A stretch of 64,000 nt of DNA, from the NCBI RefSeq assembly GCF_001677475.2, contig NZ_CP015229.1. One strand, 5' to 3'. A program made the translations under genes and the position numbers. Of the stretch, positions 22,974 through 35,136 are shown piece after piece; the stretch's first letter is position 1; the number at the start of each line of letters is the position of its first letter. The notes beneath the pieces are model-generated. The model did not search any database, was not told the origin of the DNA, and worked only from the letters and a program-made list of their open reading frames with translations. Origin of the DNA: Escherichia coli. GTDB lineage: Bacteria; Pseudomonadota; Gammaproteobacteria; Enterobacterales; Enterobacteriaceae.

Positions 22974-24991
22974 TGGATGCCCTGCAATTATTAACCTGGT
23001 CGCTGATCCTCTATCTGTTTGCCAGTCTGGCTTCGCTGTTTTTACTCGGTCTGGACAGACTGGCTATTAAGCTTTCCGGCATCACATCGCTGGTGGGTGG
23101 CGTGATTGGCATCATCAGCGGAATTACGCAATTACATGCAGGCGTAACTTTAGTCGCCCGTTTTGCCACGCCTTTTGACTTTGCCGATTTAACCCTGCGA
23201 ATGGATAGCCTCTCGGCATTTATGGTGCTGGTTATCTCCTTGCTGGTGGTGGTTTGTTCGCTCTATTCATTGACTTATATGCGCGAATACGAGGGTAAAG
23301 GCGCGGCGGCGATGGGCTTCTTTATGAATCTTTTCATCGCATCGATGGTTGCCCTGCTGGTGATGGACAACGCTTTTTGGTTCATCGTGCTGTTTGAAAT
23401 GATGTCGCTGTCTTCCTGGTTTTTGGTCATTGCCAGGCAGGATAAAACGTCGATCAACGCTGGCATGCTCTACTTTTTTATCGCCCACGCCGGATCGGTG
23501 CTGATTATGATCGCTTTCTTGCTGATGGGGCGCGAAAGCGGCAGCCTCGATTTTGCCAGTTTCCGCACGCTTTCACTTTCTCCGGGGCTGGCGTCGGCGG
23601 TGTTCCTGCTGGCCTTTTTCGGTTTTGGCGCGAAAGCCGGGATGATGCCGTTGCACAGCTGGTTGCCACGCGCTCACCCTGCCGCACCATCGCACGCTTC
23701 GGCGTTGATGTCTGGCGTAATGGTCAAAATCGGTATTTTCGGCATCCTGAAAGTAGCGATGGATCTGCTGGCGCAAACGGGTTTGCCGCTGTGGTGGGGC
23801 ATTCTGGTGATGGCGATCGGCGCAATCTCCGCGCTCCTGGGCGTGCTGTATGCGCTGGCGGAACAGGATATCAAACGGCTGCTGGCCTGGAGTACCGTCG
23901 AAAACGTCGGCATTATTTTGCTGGCGGTCGGTGTGGCGATGGTCGGTCTGTCACTGCACGACCCGCTGCTCACCGTTGTTGGACTGCTCGGCGCGCTGTT
24001 TCATCTGCTCAACCATGCGCTGTTCAAAGGGCTGCTGTTTCTCGGCGCGGGTGCGATTATTTCGCGTTTGCATACCCACGACATGGAAAAAATGGGGGCA
24101 CTGGCGAAACGGATGCCGTGGACAGCCGCAGCATGCCTGATTGGTTGCCTCGCGATATCAGCCATTCCTCCGCTGAATGGTTTTATCAGCGAATGGTACA
24201 CCTGGCAGTCGCTGTTCTCACTAAGTCGTGTGGAAGCCGTAGCGCTACAACTTGCGGGTCCTATTGCTATGGTGATGCTGGCAGTCACTGGTGGGCTGGC
24301 AGTAATGTGCTTCGTCAAAATGTACGGTATTACTTTCTGTGGAGCGCCGCGCAGTACACACGCTGAAGAGGCACAGGAAGTGCCAAATACGATGATCGTC
24401 GCCATGCTACTGCTCGCGGCACTCTGCGTATTCATTGCGCTTAGTGCCAGTTGGCTGGCACCGAAGATAATGCACATTGCCCATGCGTTTACCAATACCC
24501 CTCCCGTCACTGTCGCCAGCGGAATAGCACTTGTACCCGGCACGTTTCATACACGGGTCACTCCCTCATTACTGTTGCTGTTACTACTGGCGATGCCTTT
24601 GCTGCCTGGCCTTTACTGGCTGTGGTGTCGTTCGCGCCGCGCAGCGTTTCGTCGCACAGGAGATGCCTGGGCATGCGGCTACGGCTGGGATAATGCGATG
24701 GCCCCGTCAGGCAATGGCGTGATGCAGCCGCTGCGTGTGGTCTTTTATGCGCTATTTCGTCTACGACAACAGCTCGACCCTACGCTGAGGCTGAACAAAG
24801 GTCTTGCGCACGTCACCGCCAGGGCTCAGAGCACAGAACCCTTCTGGGATGAGCGGGTGATCCGCCCCATCGTGAGCGCCACCCAACGGCTGGCCAAAGA
24901 AATACAGCATCTGCAAAGCGGCGACTTTCGTCTCTATTGCCTGTATGTGGTCGCCGCACTGGTTGTGCTGCTAATCGCTATTGCCGTCTAA
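22973..24991 (+). CDS. hyfB: hydrogenase-4 membrane subunit (NuoL/MrpA-like antiporter)
   Basis: 672-aa polytopic membrane ORF; 1-nt overlap with hyfA stop. Confidence 0.93.
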   Translation: MDALQLLTWSLILYLFASLASLFLLGLDRLAIKLSGITSLVGGVIGIISGITQLHAGVTLVARFATPFDFADLTLRMDSLSAFMVLVISLLVVVCSLYSLTYMREYEGKGAAAMGFFMNLFIASMVALLVMDNAFWFIVLFEMMSLSSWFLVIARQDKTSINAGMLYFFIAHAGSVLIMIAFLLMGRESGSLDFASFRTLSLSPGLASAVFLLAFFGFGAKAGMMPLHSWLPRAHPAAPSHASALMSGVMVKIGIFGILKVAMDLLAQTGLPLWWGILVMAIGAISALLGVLYALAEQDIKRLLAWSTVENVGIILLAVGVAMVGLSLHDPLLTVVGLLGALFHLLNHALFKGLLFLGAGAIISRLHTHDMEKMGALAKRMPWTAAACLIGCLAISAIPPLNGFISEWYTWQSLFSLSRVEAVALQLAGPIAMVMLAVTGGLAVMCFVKMYGITFCGAPRSTHAEEAQEVPNTMIVAMLLLAALCVFIALSASWLAPKIMHIAHAFTNTPPVTVASGIALVPGTFHTRVTPSLLLLLLLAMPLLPGLYWLWCRSRRAAFRRTGDAWACGYGWDNAMAPSGNGVMQPLRVVFYALFRLRQQLDPTLRLNKGLAHVTARAQSTEPFWDERVIRPIVSATQRLAKEIQHLQSGDFRLYCLYVVAALVVLLIAIAV

Positions 24992-25001
24992 GGAAATCAC
25001 C

Positions 25002-25949
25002 ATGAGACAAACTCTTTGCGACGGATATCTGGTCATTTTTGCGTTAGCACAGGCCGTGATTCTGCTGGTGCTAACCCCGCTTTTTACGGGTATTTCCCGG
25101 CAGATACGCGCGCGAATGCACTCCCGTCGCGGACCGGGGATCTGGCAGGATTATCGCGATATCCACAAACTGTTTAAACGCCAGGAAGTTGCGCCAACAT
25201 CTTCAGGTCTGATGTTCCGCCTGATGCCGTGGGTATTAATCAGCAGCATGCTGGTGCTGGCGATGGCCCTACCACTATTTATTACTGTTTCCCCTTTTGC
25301 GGGCGGCGGCGATCTGATCACCCTTATCTATCTTCTTGCCCTGTTTCGTTTTTTCTTTGCTCTTTCCGGGCTGGATACCGGAAGCCCGTTTGCGGGAGTC
25401 GGTGCCAGTCGCGAGTTGACGCTCGGCATTCTGGTCGAACCCATGCTCATTCTCTCACTGCTGGTATTGGCGCTGATAGCGGATTCCACGCATATCGAGA
25501 TGATCAGCAAGACGCTGGCGACGGGCTGGAACTCGCCGCTAACCACCGTACTGGCGTTACTGGCCTGTGGTTTTGCCTGCTTCATTGAGATGGGAAAAAT
25601 TCCCTTTGATGTTGCTGAAGCAGAACAGGAATTACAGGAAGGCCCGCTGACCGAATATTCCGGTGCCGGGCTGGCGTTGGCGAAATGGGGGCTGGGGCTG
25701 AAACAGGTCGTGATGGCAGCACTGTTTGTGGCCCTGTTTCTGCCCTTTGGGCGCGCGCAAGAACTTTCTCTCGCCTGCCTGCTGACTTCTCTTGTCGTTA
25801 CGCTGCTCAAGGTTTTGCTGATTTTTGTTCTGGCCTCTATCGCAGAAAACACGCTGGCACGCGGGCGTTTTTTACTCATTCACCATGTGACCTGGCTTGG
25901 CTTCAGCCTTGCTGCGCTTGCCTGGGTCTTCTGGTTAACCGGTCTGTAA
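25002..25949 (+). CDS. hyfC: hydrogenase-4 membrane subunit (NuoH-like)
   Basis: ORF 24981..25949 trimmed to ATG 25002 (315 aa). Confidence 0.9.
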   Translation: MRQTLCDGYLVIFALAQAVILLVLTPLFTGISRQIRARMHSRRGPGIWQDYRDIHKLFKRQEVAPTSSGLMFRLMPWVLISSMLVLAMALPLFITVSPFAGGGDLITLIYLLALFRFFFALSGLDTGSPFAGVGASRELTLGILVEPMLILSLLVLALIADSTHIEMISKTLATGWNSPLTTVLALLACGFACFIEMGKIPFDVAEAEQELQEGPLTEYSGAGLALAKWGLGLKQVVMAALFVALFLPFGRAQELSLACLLTSLVVTLLKVLLIFVLASIAENTLARGRFLLIHHVTWLGFSLAALAWVFWLTGL

Positions 25950-25965
25950 GGAGCACTGACGGAAT

Positions 25966-27405
25966 ATGGAAAATCTTGCTCTGACGACGTTATTGCTGCC
26001 TTTTATCGGCGCACTGGTCGTTTCGTTTTCGCCACAACGTCGGGCCGCCGAATGGGGGATTTTGTTCGCCGCGCTGACCACGCTGTGCATGTTGTCGCTG
26101 ATCTCCGCGTTTTATCAGGCCGATAAAGTTGCCGTCACGTTGACGTTGGTCAACGTGGGGGATGTGGCGTTGTTTGGCCTGGTCATTGATCGCGTGAGTA
26201 CGCTGATTCTGTTTGTGGTGGTGTTCCTCGGTTTGCTGGTCACGATCTACTCCACGGGTTATCTGACGGATAAAAATCGCGAACACCCGCATAACGGCAC
26301 GAATCGTTATTACGCATTTTTGCTGGTGTTTATCGGCGCGATGGCGGGACTGGTACTCTCCTCGACGCTGCTCGGTCAGTTGTTGTTTTTTGAAATTACG
26401 GGCGGCTGCTCCTGGGCGTTGATCAGTTATTACCAGAGCGATAAAGCGCAGCGTTCAGCACTAAAAGCGTTGCTTATCACTCATATCGGTTCGTTGGGGT
26501 TGTATCTTGCCGCCGCCACGCTGTTTTTGCAGACCGGAACGTTTGCGCTCAGCGCGATGAGCGAGTTACACGGCGACGCACGCTATCTGGTTTATGGTGG
26601 CATCCTGTTTGCCGCGTGGGGGAAATCGGCCCAGCTACCGATGCAAGCGTGGCTACCGGATGCAATGGAAGCGCCAACACCGATCAGCGCCTATCTCCAC
26701 GCCGCATCGATGGTGAAAGTGGGCGTTTACATTTTTGCCCGTGCCATTATCGACGGCGGCAATATCCCGCATGTGATTGGCGGCGTTGGCATGGTTATGG
26801 CACTGGTCACCATTCTTTATGGCTTCCTGATGTATTTGCCACAGCAGGATATGAAGCGGTTGCTGGCCTGGTCGACCATCACTCAACTTGGCTGGATGTT
26901 CTTCGGCTTGTCGCTCTCCATCTTCGGCTCGCGGCTGGCGCTGGAGGGTAGCATCGCCTACATCGTCAACCACGCATTCGCTAAAAGCCTGTTTTTCCTT
27001 GTAGCAGGTGCACTGAGTTACAGCTGCGGCACGCGCTTGTTGCCGCGTCTGCGTGGCGTATTGCACACCCTGCCATTGCCTGGCGTGGGTTTCTGCGTGG
27101 CAGCGCTGGCAATTACCGGCGTGCCGCCGTTCAACGGCTTCTTCAGTAAATTCCCGCTGTTTGCTGCCGGTTTTGCGTTGTCAGTGGAGTACTGGATCCT
27201 GCTGCCCGCCATGATTCTGCTGATGACTGAATCGGTCGCTAGTTTCGCCTGGTTTATTCGCTGGTTTGGTCGCGTCGTGCCTGGCAAACCTAGCGAGGCC
27301 GTCGCCGATGCCACACCGCTACCAGGGTCAATGCGCCTGGTGTTGATTGTACTGATTGTGATGTCGCTGATTTCCAGCGTAATCGCCGCGACCTGGTTGC
27401 AGTAA
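25966..27405 (+). CDS. hyfD: hydrogenase-4 membrane subunit (NuoM/N-like antiporter)
   Basis: 479-aa polytopic membrane ORF. Confidence 0.93.
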   Translation: MENLALTTLLLPFIGALVVSFSPQRRAAEWGILFAALTTLCMLSLISAFYQADKVAVTLTLVNVGDVALFGLVIDRVSTLILFVVVFLGLLVTIYSTGYLTDKNREHPHNGTNRYYAFLLVFIGAMAGLVLSSTLLGQLLFFEITGGCSWALISYYQSDKAQRSALKALLITHIGSLGLYLAAATLFLQTGTFALSAMSELHGDARYLVYGGILFAAWGKSAQLPMQAWLPDAMEAPTPISAYLHAASMVKVGVYIFARAIIDGGNIPHVIGGVGMVMALVTILYGFLMYLPQQDMKRLLAWSTITQLGWMFFGLSLSIFGSRLALEGSIAYIVNHAFAKSLFFLVAGALSYSCGTRLLPRLRGVLHTLPLPGVGFCVAALAITGVPPFNGFFSKFPLFAAGFALSVEYWILLPAMILLMTESVASFAWFIRWFGRVVPGKPSEAVADATPLPGSMRLVLIVLIVMSLISSVIAATWLQ

Positions 27406-27416
27406 GGAGATGATGA

Positions 27417-28067
27417 ATGACCGGTTCTATGATCGTAAATAATCTGGCGGGACTGATGATGCTGACATCACTGTTTGTGATTAGCGTCAAAAGCTATCGC
27501 CTGTCATGCGGATTTTACGCCTGCCAGTCACTGGTGCTGGTGTCTATTTTCGCCACCCTCTCGTGCCTGTTCGCCGCAGAGCAACTGCTGATCTGGTCCG
27601 CCAGCGCCTTTATCACCAAAGTGCTGCTGGTACCGTTAATCATGACTTACGCTGCACGAAATATTCCCCAGAACATCCCGGAAAAAGCGTTATTCGGTCC
27701 GGCAATGATGGCACTGCTCGCGGCGTTAATTGTCCTGCTTTGCGCATTTGTCGTTCAGCCCGTGAAGCTACCGATGGCTACCGGGCTGAAACCGGCGCTG
27801 GCGGTGGCGTTAGGTCATTTTCTGCTTGGCCTGCTGTGCATTGTCAGCCAGCGCAATATCCTGCGGCAAATTTTTGGTTACTGCCTGATGGAAAACGGCT
27901 CCCATCTGGTGCTGGCGCTTCTAGCCTGGCGTGCACCGGAACTGGTGGAAATTGGTATCGCTACCGACGCCATCTTCGCCGTCATTGTAATGGTGTTACT
28001 GGCAAGAAAAATATGGCGTACCCACGGCACGCTGGACGTGAACAACTTGACCGCGCTGAAGGGATAA
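27417..28067 (+). CDS. hyfE: hydrogenase-4 membrane subunit
   Basis: 216-aa hydrophobic ORF. Confidence 0.92.
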   Translation: MTGSMIVNNLAGLMMLTSLFVISVKSYRLSCGFYACQSLVLVSIFATLSCLFAAEQLLIWSASAFITKVLLVPLIMTYAARNIPQNIPEKALFGPAMMALLAALIVLLCAFVVQPVKLPMATGLKPALAVALGHFLLGLLCIVSQRNILRQIFGYCLMENGSHLVLALLAWRAPELVEIGIATDAIFAVIVMVLLARKIWRTHGTLDVNNLTALKG

Positions 28068-28071
28068 TGAG

Positions 28072-29652
28072 ATGAGTTATTCTGTGATGTTCGCTTTACT
28101 CCTGCTCACGCCGCTACTTTTTTCGCTGCTCTGTTTTGCCTGCCGGAAACGGGGACACTCTGCGACTCGCACGGTGACAGTACTACATGGCTTAGGGATC
28201 ACACTGCTGCTGATTCTGGCACTGTGGGTGGTCCAAACCGCCGCTGATGCGGGAGAAATATTCGCTGCGGGACTGTGGCTTCACATTGATGGCCTGGGCG
28301 GTTTGTTCCTCGCCATTCTTGGTGTGATTGGCTTTCTCACCGGTGTTTACTCGATTGGCTACATGCGTCATGAAGTGGCACACGGCGAGCTTTCACCCGT
28401 TACGCTGTGCGATTACTACGGTTTCTTCCATCTGTTTTTGTTCACCATGCTGCTGGTTGTTACCAGCAATAACCTGATTGTGATGTGGGCGGCAATCGAA
28501 GCCACCACCTTAAGCTCGGCGTTTCTGGTAGGCATTTACGGTCAGCGTTCATCGCTGGAAGCTGCATGGAAGTACATCATTATTTGTACTGTTGGTGTCG
28601 CTTTTGGTCTGTTCGGTACCGTGCTGGTATACGCCAACGCCGCCAGCGTTATGCCGCAGGCAGAAATGGCGATATTCTGGAGCGAGGTTCTTAAGCAATC
28701 GTCCTTGCTTGACCCAACATTAATGCTGTTGGCCTTTGTGTTTGTGCTAATTGGCTTTGGCACCAAAACCGGGCTTTTTCCCATGCACGCCTGGCTGCCG
28801 GATGCTCACAGTGAAGCGCCGAGTCCGGTCAGCGCCCTGCTCTCCGCCGTATTGCTGAACTGCGCGCTGTTGGTGCTTATTCGCTATTACATCATTATTT
28901 GCCAGGCCATCGGCAGCGATTTCCCCAACCGGTTGTTGCTCATCTTCGGCATGTTGTCGGTTGCCGTGGCGGCATTTTTCATTCTGGTACAGCGGGACAT
29001 TAAGCGTCTGCTGGCGTACTCCAGCGTGGAGAACATGGGACTGGTCGCGGTGGCGATAGGCATTGGCGGGCCGCTGGGAATTTTTGCCGCGCTGCTGCAC
29101 ACCTTAAACCACAGTCTGGCAAAAACGCTGTTGTTCTGCGGTTCCGGCAATGTACTGCTCAAGTACGGCACGCGCGATCTCAACGTCGTCTGTGGGATGC
29201 TCAAAATCATGCCATTTACCGCCGTGTTGTTTGGCGGCGGTGCGCTGGCGCTGGCCGGGATGCCGCCCTTCAACATTTTTCTTAGCGAATTTATGACCGT
29301 TACCGCCGGACTGGCGCGTAATCATCTGCTGCTTATCGTCCTGCTGTTATTGCTGTTAACGCTGGTGCTGGCGGGCCTGGTACGGATGGCTGCGCGGGTG
29401 TTAATGGCGAAACCGCCGCAGGCCGTTAACCGGGGTGAACTTGGCTGGTTGACCACCTCGCCAATGGTGATTCTGCTGGTCATGATGCTGGCGATGGGAA
29501 CGCATATTCCACAACCTGTCATCAGGATCCTGGCTGGCGCTTCCACTATAGTCCTCTCAGGGACGCACGACCTGCCTGCACAACGTAGCACCTGGCATGA
29601 TTTTTTGCCTTCAGGCACCGCATCTGTTTCGGAGAAACACAGTGAACGTTAA
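28072..29652 (+). CDS. hyfF: hydrogenase-4 membrane subunit (NuoN/M-like antiporter)
   Basis: 526-aa polytopic membrane ORF. Confidence 0.93.
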   Translation: MSYSVMFALLLLTPLLFSLLCFACRKRGHSATRTVTVLHGLGITLLLILALWVVQTAADAGEIFAAGLWLHIDGLGGLFLAILGVIGFLTGVYSIGYMRHEVAHGELSPVTLCDYYGFFHLFLFTMLLVVTSNNLIVMWAAIEATTLSSAFLVGIYGQRSSLEAAWKYIIICTVGVAFGLFGTVLVYANAASVMPQAEMAIFWSEVLKQSSLLDPTLMLLAFVFVLIGFGTKTGLFPMHAWLPDAHSEAPSPVSALLSAVLLNCALLVLIRYYIIICQAIGSDFPNRLLLIFGMLSVAVAAFFILVQRDIKRLLAYSSVENMGLVAVAIGIGGPLGIFAALLHTLNHSLAKTLLFCGSGNVLLKYGTRDLNVVCGMLKIMPFTAVLFGGGALALAGMPPFNIFLSEFMTVTAGLARNHLLLIVLLLLLLTLVLAGLVRMAARVLMAKPPQAVNRGELGWLTTSPMVILLVMMLAMGTHIPQPVIRILAGASTIVLSGTHDLPAQRSTWHDFLPSGTASVSEKHSER

Positions 29653-31357
29653 TTCATCGTCAAATCGTGGCGAAGCGATTCTCGCCGCCCTGAAAACGCA
29701 GTTCCCCGGCGCGGTGCTGGATGAAGAGCGACAAACGCCTGAACAGGTCACCATTACGGTGAAAATCAATCTGCTGCCTGACGTTGTGCATTATCTTTAT
29801 TATCAACATGATGGCTGGCTTCCAGTCCTGTTTGGCAACGACGAGCGGACACTTAACGGTCATTACGCAGTTTATTATGCCCTTTCTATGGAAGGGGCCG
29901 AAAAATGCTGGATCGTGGTGAAGGCACTGGTCGATGCCGACAGTCGGGAGTTTCCGTCAGTCACACCGCGCGTCCCTGCCGCGGTCTGGGGCGAGCGAGA
30001 AATTCGCGATATGTACGGGCTGATTCCGGTTGGCCTGCCGGATCAGCGTCGGCTGGTGTTGCCCGATGACTGGCCGGAAGATATGCATCCGCTGCGCAAA
30101 GACGCGATGGATTATCGACTGCGCCCTGAACCGACGACTGATACCGAAACGTATCCGTTTATCAACGAGGGCAACAGCGATGCGCGGGTGATCCCTGTCG
30201 GCCCGCTGCATATCACCTCCGATGAACCAGGTCACTTCCGCTTGTTTGTGGATGGCGAGCAAATTGTCGATGCTGATTACCGCCTGTTTTATGTCCATCG
30301 CGGCATGGAGAAACTGGCAGAAACGCGGATGGGCTACAACGAAGTGACCTTCTTGTCGGACCGCGTGTGTGGGATTTGCGGTTTTGCCCACAGTGTGGCC
30401 TATACCAACTCGGTTGAAAATGCACTGGGGATTGAGGTGCCGCAACGAGCGCATACTATTCGCTCGATTCTGCTGGAAGTCGAACGGCTGCATAGTCATT
30501 TGCTCAACCTTGGCCTCTCCTGCCATTTTGTTGGTTTTGATACCGGCTTTATGCAATTTTTCCGCGTGCGGGAAAAGTCGATGACGATGGCGGAATTGCT
30601 GACCGGGTCGCGTAAAACCTACGGTCTGAATCTGATTGGTGGTGTTCGCCGCGATATTCTCAAAGAGCAACGTCTGCAAACGCTGAAACTGGTGCACGAG
30701 ATGCGCGCCGACGTGTCGGAGCTGGTAGAGATGCTGCTTGCCACGCCGAATATGGAACAACGCACTCAGGGCATTGGCATTCTCGACCGACAAATCGCCC
30801 GTGATTATAGCCCCGTAGGGCCGCTGATCCGCGGCAGTGGCTTTGCCCGTGATTTGCGCTTTGATCACCCCTACGCCGACTACGGCAATATTCCAAAAAC
30901 GCTGTTTACCTTTACCGGCGGCGATGTCTTCTCCCGCGTGATGGTCCGTGTCAAAGAGACGTTTGATTCGCTGGCAATGCTGGAATTTGCCCTCGACAAC
31001 ATGCCAGATACCCCACTGCTGACCGAAGGCTTTAGCTATAAACCTCACGCATTCGCGCTGGGCTTTGTTGAAGCGCCACGTGGTGAAGACGTGCACTGGA
31101 GCATGCTCGGTGATAACCAAAAATTGTTCCGCTGGCGCTGTCGTGCCGCCACCTACGCCAACTGGCCAGTGCTACGTTACATGCTGCGCGGCAATACCGT
31201 TTCTGACGCACCGCTGATTATCGGTAGCCTTGATCCCTGCTACTCCTGTACCGACCGTGTGACGCTGGTTGATGTGCGCAAGCGCCAGTCAAAAACCGTG
31301 CCGTATAAAGAGATCGAACGCTACGGCATTGATCGTAACCGTTCGCCGCTGAAGTAA
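29642..31357 (+). CDS. hyfG: hydrogenase-4 [NiFe] large catalytic subunit
   Basis: ORF 29597..31357; preferred start GTG 29642 (GGAG RBS 7 nt upstream, overlaps hyfF end); NuoC/NuoD-like fusion with N-terminal CxxC and C-terminal DPCxxC Ni-binding motifs. Exact start uncertain. Confidence 0.9.
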   Translation: MNVNSSSNRGEAILAALKTQFPGAVLDEERQTPEQVTITVKINLLPDVVHYLYYQHDGWLPVLFGNDERTLNGHYAVYYALSMEGAEKCWIVVKALVDADSREFPSVTPRVPAAVWGEREIRDMYGLIPVGLPDQRRLVLPDDWPEDMHPLRKDAMDYRLRPEPTTDTETYPFINEGNSDARVIPVGPLHITSDEPGHFRLFVDGEQIVDADYRLFYVHRGMEKLAETRMGYNEVTFLSDRVCGICGFAHSVAYTNSVENALGIEVPQRAHTIRSILLEVERLHSHLLNLGLSCHFVGFDTGFMQFFRVREKSMTMAELLTGSRKTYGLNLIGGVRRDILKEQRLQTLKLVHEMRADVSELVEMLLATPNMEQRTQGIGILDRQIARDYSPVGPLIRGSGFARDLRFDHPYADYGNIPKTLFTFTGGDVFSRVMVRVKETFDSLAMLEFALDNMPDTPLLTEGFSYKPHAFALGFVEAPRGEDVHWSMLGDNQKLFRWRCRAATYANWPVLRYMLRGNTVSDAPLIIGSLDPCYSCTDRVTLVDVRKRQSKTVPYKEIERYGIDRNRSPLK

Positions 31358-31366
31358 GGACAGAAG

Positions 31367-31912
31367 ATGCTGAAGTTACTGAAAACTATTATGCGCGCCG
31401 GAACCGCGACGGTGAAATATCCCTTCGCGCCACTGGAAGTCAGCCCAGGCTTTCGCGGGAAACCGGACCTGATGCCCAGCCAATGTATTGCCTGCGGTGC
31501 CTGCGCCTGTGCTTGTCCGGCAAATGCGCTGACTATCCAGGCCGACGACCAGCAAAATACGCGCACCTGGCAGCTCTATCTGGGGCGTTGTATTTACTGC
31601 GGACGTTGTGAAGAAGTGTGCCCGACCAGAGCCATTCAGCTTACCAATAACTTTGAACTGACCGTCACCAATAAAGCCGATCTCTATACCCGCGCGACGT
31701 TCCATCTACAACGTTGCAGCCGTTGCGAACGCCCGTTTGCCCCGCAAAAAACCGTCGCACTGGCTGCAGAACTGTTGGCACAGCAACAAAATGCACCACA
31801 AAACCGCGAAATGTTACGGGCGCAAGCGAGCGTCTGCCCGGAATGCAAACAACGCGCGACGCTGATCAACGACGACACAGATGAACCGCTGGTGGCTAAG
31901 GAGCAGCTATGA
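31367..31912 (+). CDS. hyfH: hydrogenase-4 Fe-S subunit (NuoI-like)
   Basis: 181-aa ORF with two CxxCxxCxxxCP motifs. Confidence 0.93.
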   Translation: MLKLLKTIMRAGTATVKYPFAPLEVSPGFRGKPDLMPSQCIACGACACACPANALTIQADDQQNTRTWQLYLGRCIYCGRCEEVCPTRAIQLTNNFELTVTNKADLYTRATFHLQRCSRCERPFAPQKTVALAAELLAQQQNAPQNREMLRAQASVCPECKQRATLINDDTDEPLVAKEQL

Positions 31913-32667
31913 GTCCAGTGCTTACACAACATGTCAGCCAGCCCATCACGCTGGACGAGCAAACGCAAAAGATGAAGCAGCATTTGTTACAGGATATACG
32001 TCGCTCGGCCTACGTTTATCGCGTCGATTGCGGCGGCTGCAACGCCTGCGAAATCGAAATTTTTGCCGCCATCACACCCGTATTCGACGCAGAACGTTTT
32101 GGCATTAAGGTTGTTTCATCACCGCGTCACGCCGATATTTTGTTATTTACTGGCGCAGTCACCCGGGCGATGCGTATGCCTGCACTTCGGGCATATGAGT
32201 CTGCCCCCGATCATAAAATCTGTGTTTCCTACGGCGCATGCGGTATCGGCGGCGGTATTTTCCACGATCTTTACAGCGTCTGGGGCGGCAGCGACACCAT
32301 TGTCCCCATTGATGTTTGGATCCCCGGCTGCCCGCCAACACCGGCCGCCACCATTCACGGTTTCGCCGTGGCGCTCGGTTTGCTGCAACAGAAGATTCAC
32401 GCGGAGGATTATCGCGATCCCACCGGGGTGACCATGCAACCGCTGTGGCCGCAGATCCCGCCATCACAGCGTATCGCCATTGAGCGAGAAGCGAGGCGGC
32501 TGGCGGGCTATCGTCAGGGGCGAGAAATTTGCGATCGGCTCCTGCGCCATTTAAGCGACGATCCTACAGGAAATCGGGTTAACACCTGGTTGCGCGAAGC
32601 CGACGATCCGCGTCTCAATAGTATCGTTCAGCAACTCTTTCGCGTTCTCCGGGGGTTACATGGCTGA
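31909..32667 (+). CDS. hyfI: hydrogenase-4 small subunit (NuoB-like)
   Basis: 252-aa ORF overlapping hyfH stop by 4 nt; NuoB-like cysteines. Confidence 0.93.
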   Translation: MSPVLTQHVSQPITLDEQTQKMKQHLLQDIRRSAYVYRVDCGGCNACEIEIFAAITPVFDAERFGIKVVSSPRHADILLFTGAVTRAMRMPALRAYESAPDHKICVSYGACGIGGGIFHDLYSVWGGSDTIVPIDVWIPGCPPTPAATIHGFAVALGLLQQKIHAEDYRDPTGVTMQPLWPQIPPSQRIAIEREARRLAGYRQGREICDRLLRHLSDDPTGNRVNTWLREADDPRLNSIVQQLFRVLRGLHG

Positions 32668-33073
32668 GGAGTGCAGGGAAATTGTTTTCTGGACGCTGCG
32701 AAAAAAATTTATCGCCAGTAGCGACGAGATGCCGGAACACAGCTCCCAAGTAATGTATTACTCGTTGGCTATCGGTCATCACGTTGGCGTGATTGATTGT
32801 CTGAATGTCGCCTTCCGCTGCCCACTGACGGAATACGAAGATTGGCTTGCACTGGTCGAAGAGGAGCAAGCCCGACGTAAGATGCTGGGGGTGATGACTT
32901 TTGGTGAGATTGTTATTGACACCAGCCACACCGCCCTGTTGACCCGGGCATTCGCGCCACTGGCGGATGACGCGACGTCTATGTGGCAGGCGCGTAGCAT
33001 TCAATTCATTCATCTGTTGGATGAAATTGTGCAGGAACCGGCCATCTATCTGATGGCCAGAAAAATTGCGTGA
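32660..33073 (+). CDS. hyfJ: hydrogenase-4 maturation/accessory protein (HycH-like)
   Basis: 137-aa ORF overlapping hyfI end. Confidence 0.9.
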   Translation: MAEECREIVFWTLRKKFIASSDEMPEHSSQVMYYSLAIGHHVGVIDCLNVAFRCPLTEYEDWLALVEEEQARRKMLGVMTFGEIVIDTSHTALLTRAFAPLADDATSMWQARSIQFIHLLDEIVQEPAIYLMARKIA

Positions 33074-33102
33074 GAAGGATTTCTCATTAATAAGGACTGT
33101 TG

Positions 33103-35115
33103 ATGGCTATGTCAGACGAGGCGATGTTTGCCCCGCCGCAAGGAATAACAATTGAAGCGGTAAACGGAATGCTCGCGGAGCGGTTAGCGCAGAAACACGG
33201 CAAGGCGTCTTTATTACGCGCCTTCATCCCGCTGCCGCCGCCGTTCAGCCCGGTACAACTTATTGAACTGCATGTTCTCAAAAGCAACTTCTATTACCGC
33301 TACCATGATGATGGCAGCGATGTGACGGCAACAACAGAGTATCAGGGTGAGATGGTCGATTATTCGCGCCACGCCGTCCTTCTCGGCAGTAGTGGAATGG
33401 CGGAGCTACGCTTTATTCGCACCCACGGCAGTCGTTTTACTCCCCAGGATTGCACACTGTTTAACTGGCTGGCACACATAATCACTCCGGTTCTGCAATC
33501 ATGGCTCAATGATGAAGAACAGCAGGTGGCGCTGCGTTTGCTGGAGAAAGATCGCGATCATCATCGGGTACTGGTGGATATCACTAATGCAGTGTTGTCA
33601 CATCTTGATCTCGACGATCTGATCGCTGACGTCGCTCGTGAGATCCATCATTTTTTCGGTCTGGCTTCAGTCAGTATGGTACTGGGCGATCATCGAAAGA
33701 ACGAGAAGTTCAGCCTGTGGTGCAGCGATCTTTCTGCCTCACATTGTGCGTGTCTGCCACGCTGTATGCCTGGCGACAGTGTATTGCTGACACAAACGCT
33801 ACAAACCCGACAACCGACCTTGACGCACCGTGCAGACGATCTGTTTCTCTGGCAACGCGACCCGTTATTACTCTTACTTGCATCTAACGGCTGCGAATCT
33901 GCGCTCCTGATACCGCTTACCTTTGGCAACCATACACCGGGTGCATTGTTGCTGGCGCATACCTCTTCCACTCTCTTTAGTGAGGAAAACTGCCAGCTAC
34001 TACAACACATAGCCGATCGCATCGCTATTGCCGTTGGCAATGCCGATGCCTGGCGCAGCATGACCGATTTGCAGGAAAGCTTGCAGCAAGAAAACCACCA
34101 GCTTAGCGAGCAGCTCCTTTCGAATCTGGGCGTCGGTGACATTATCTATCAAAGCCAGGCAATGGAAGACCTGCTCCAGCAGGTAGATATTGTGGCGAAG
34201 AGCGACAGTACGGTGTTGATTTGTGGTGAAACCGGAACCGGCAAAGAGGTGATCGCCAGAGCGATCCATCAACTTAGCCCACGACGCGACAAGCCACTGG
34301 TCAAAATCAACTGCGCTGCCATCCCCGCCAGTCTTCTGGAAAGTGAGTTATTCGGTCATGACAAAGGGGCATTTACTGGTGCGATTAATACCCATCGTGG
34401 TCGTTTTGAAATTGCCGATGGCGGCACGTTGTTTCTCGATGAAATTGGCGATCTGCCGTTAGAACTTCAGCCTAAACTGCTGCGCGTATTGCAGGAACGG
34501 GAGATTGAGCGTCTCGGCGGGAGTAGAACGATCCCGGTAAATGTCAGAGTCATTGCCGCCACCAACCGTGATTTGTGGCAAATGGTTGAAGATCGCCAGT
34601 TTCGCAGCGATCTCTTTTATCGCCTGAATGTCTTCCCACTGGAACTGCCGCCACTGCGCGACCGTCCGGAAGATATCCCTCTTTTAGCAAAGCATTTCAC
34701 GCAAAAAATGGCGCGCCATATGAATCGCGCAATTGACGCCATCCCGACCGAGGCGCTACGCCAGTTGATGTCGTGGGACTGGCCGGGCAACGTGCGCGAG
34801 CTGGAAAACGTGATTGAGCGAGCGGTACTACTGACTCGCGGTAACAGTCTGAATTTACATCTTAATGTCCGACAAAGCCGTTTACTGCCGACGCTAAATG
34901 AAGATTCAGCGCTTCGCAGTTCAATGGCGCAGTTACTGCACCCGACGACGCCAGAGAATGACGAAGAAGAACGTCAGCGCATTGTTCATGTATTGCGAGA
35001 AACCAATGGCATTGTTGCCGGGCCCCGTGGCGCGGCGACGCGATTAGGAATGAAGCGCACCACGCTGCTGTCACGAATGCAGCGGCTGGGGATCTCGGTT
35101 CGCGAGGTGTTGTAA
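33103..35115 (+). CDS. hyfR: sigma-54-dependent transcriptional activator of hyf operon
   Basis: 670 aa from ATG 33103; GAF-like N-terminus, AAA+ sigma-54 interaction domain ([14 protein letters not shown]), C-terminal HTH. Confidence 0.93.
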   Translation: MAMSDEAMFAPPQGITIEAVNGMLAERLAQKHGKASLLRAFIPLPPPFSPVQLIELHVLKSNFYYRYHDDGSDVTATTEYQGEMVDYSRHAVLLGSSGMAELRFIRTHGSRFTPQDCTLFNWLAHIITPVLQSWLNDEEQQVALRLLEKDRDHHRVLVDITNAVLSHLDLDDLIADVAREIHHFFGLASVSMVLGDHRKNEKFSLWCSDLSASHCACLPRCMPGDSVLLTQTLQTRQPTLTHRADDLFLWQRDPLLLLLASNGCESALLIPLTFGNHTPGALLLAHTSSTLFSEENCQLLQHIADRIAIAVGNADAWRSMTDLQESLQQENHQLSEQLLSNLGVGDIIYQSQAMEDLLQQVDIVAKSDSTVLICGETGTGKEVIARAIHQLSPRRDKPLVKINCAAIPASLLESELFGHDKGAFTGAINTHRGRFEIADGGTLFLDEIGDLPLELQPKLLRVLQEREIERLGGSRTIPVNVRVIAATNRDLWQMVEDRQFRSDLFYRLNVFPLELPPLRDRPEDIPLLAKHFTQKMARHMNRAIDAIPTEALRQLMSWDWPGNVRELENVIERAVLLTRGNSLNLHLNVRQSRLLPTLNEDSALRSSMAQLLHPTTPENDEEERQRIVHVLRETNGIVAGPRGAATRLGMKRTTLLSRMQRLGISVREVL

Positions 35116-35136
35116 TCTGTTTTTGCAGGAGTATGC

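Noticed and set aside
23674-24543. Several 60-190-aa ORFs inside hyfB on both strands
   Set aside because: Nested within the hyfB membrane-subunit frame; alternative-frame artefacts.
29957-31120. 387-aa ORF antisense to hyfG
   Set aside because: Lies entirely within the well-supported hyfG frame on the opposite strand; no RBS, low-complexity R/H/Q-rich translation typical of shadow ORFs in GC-rich coding DNA.
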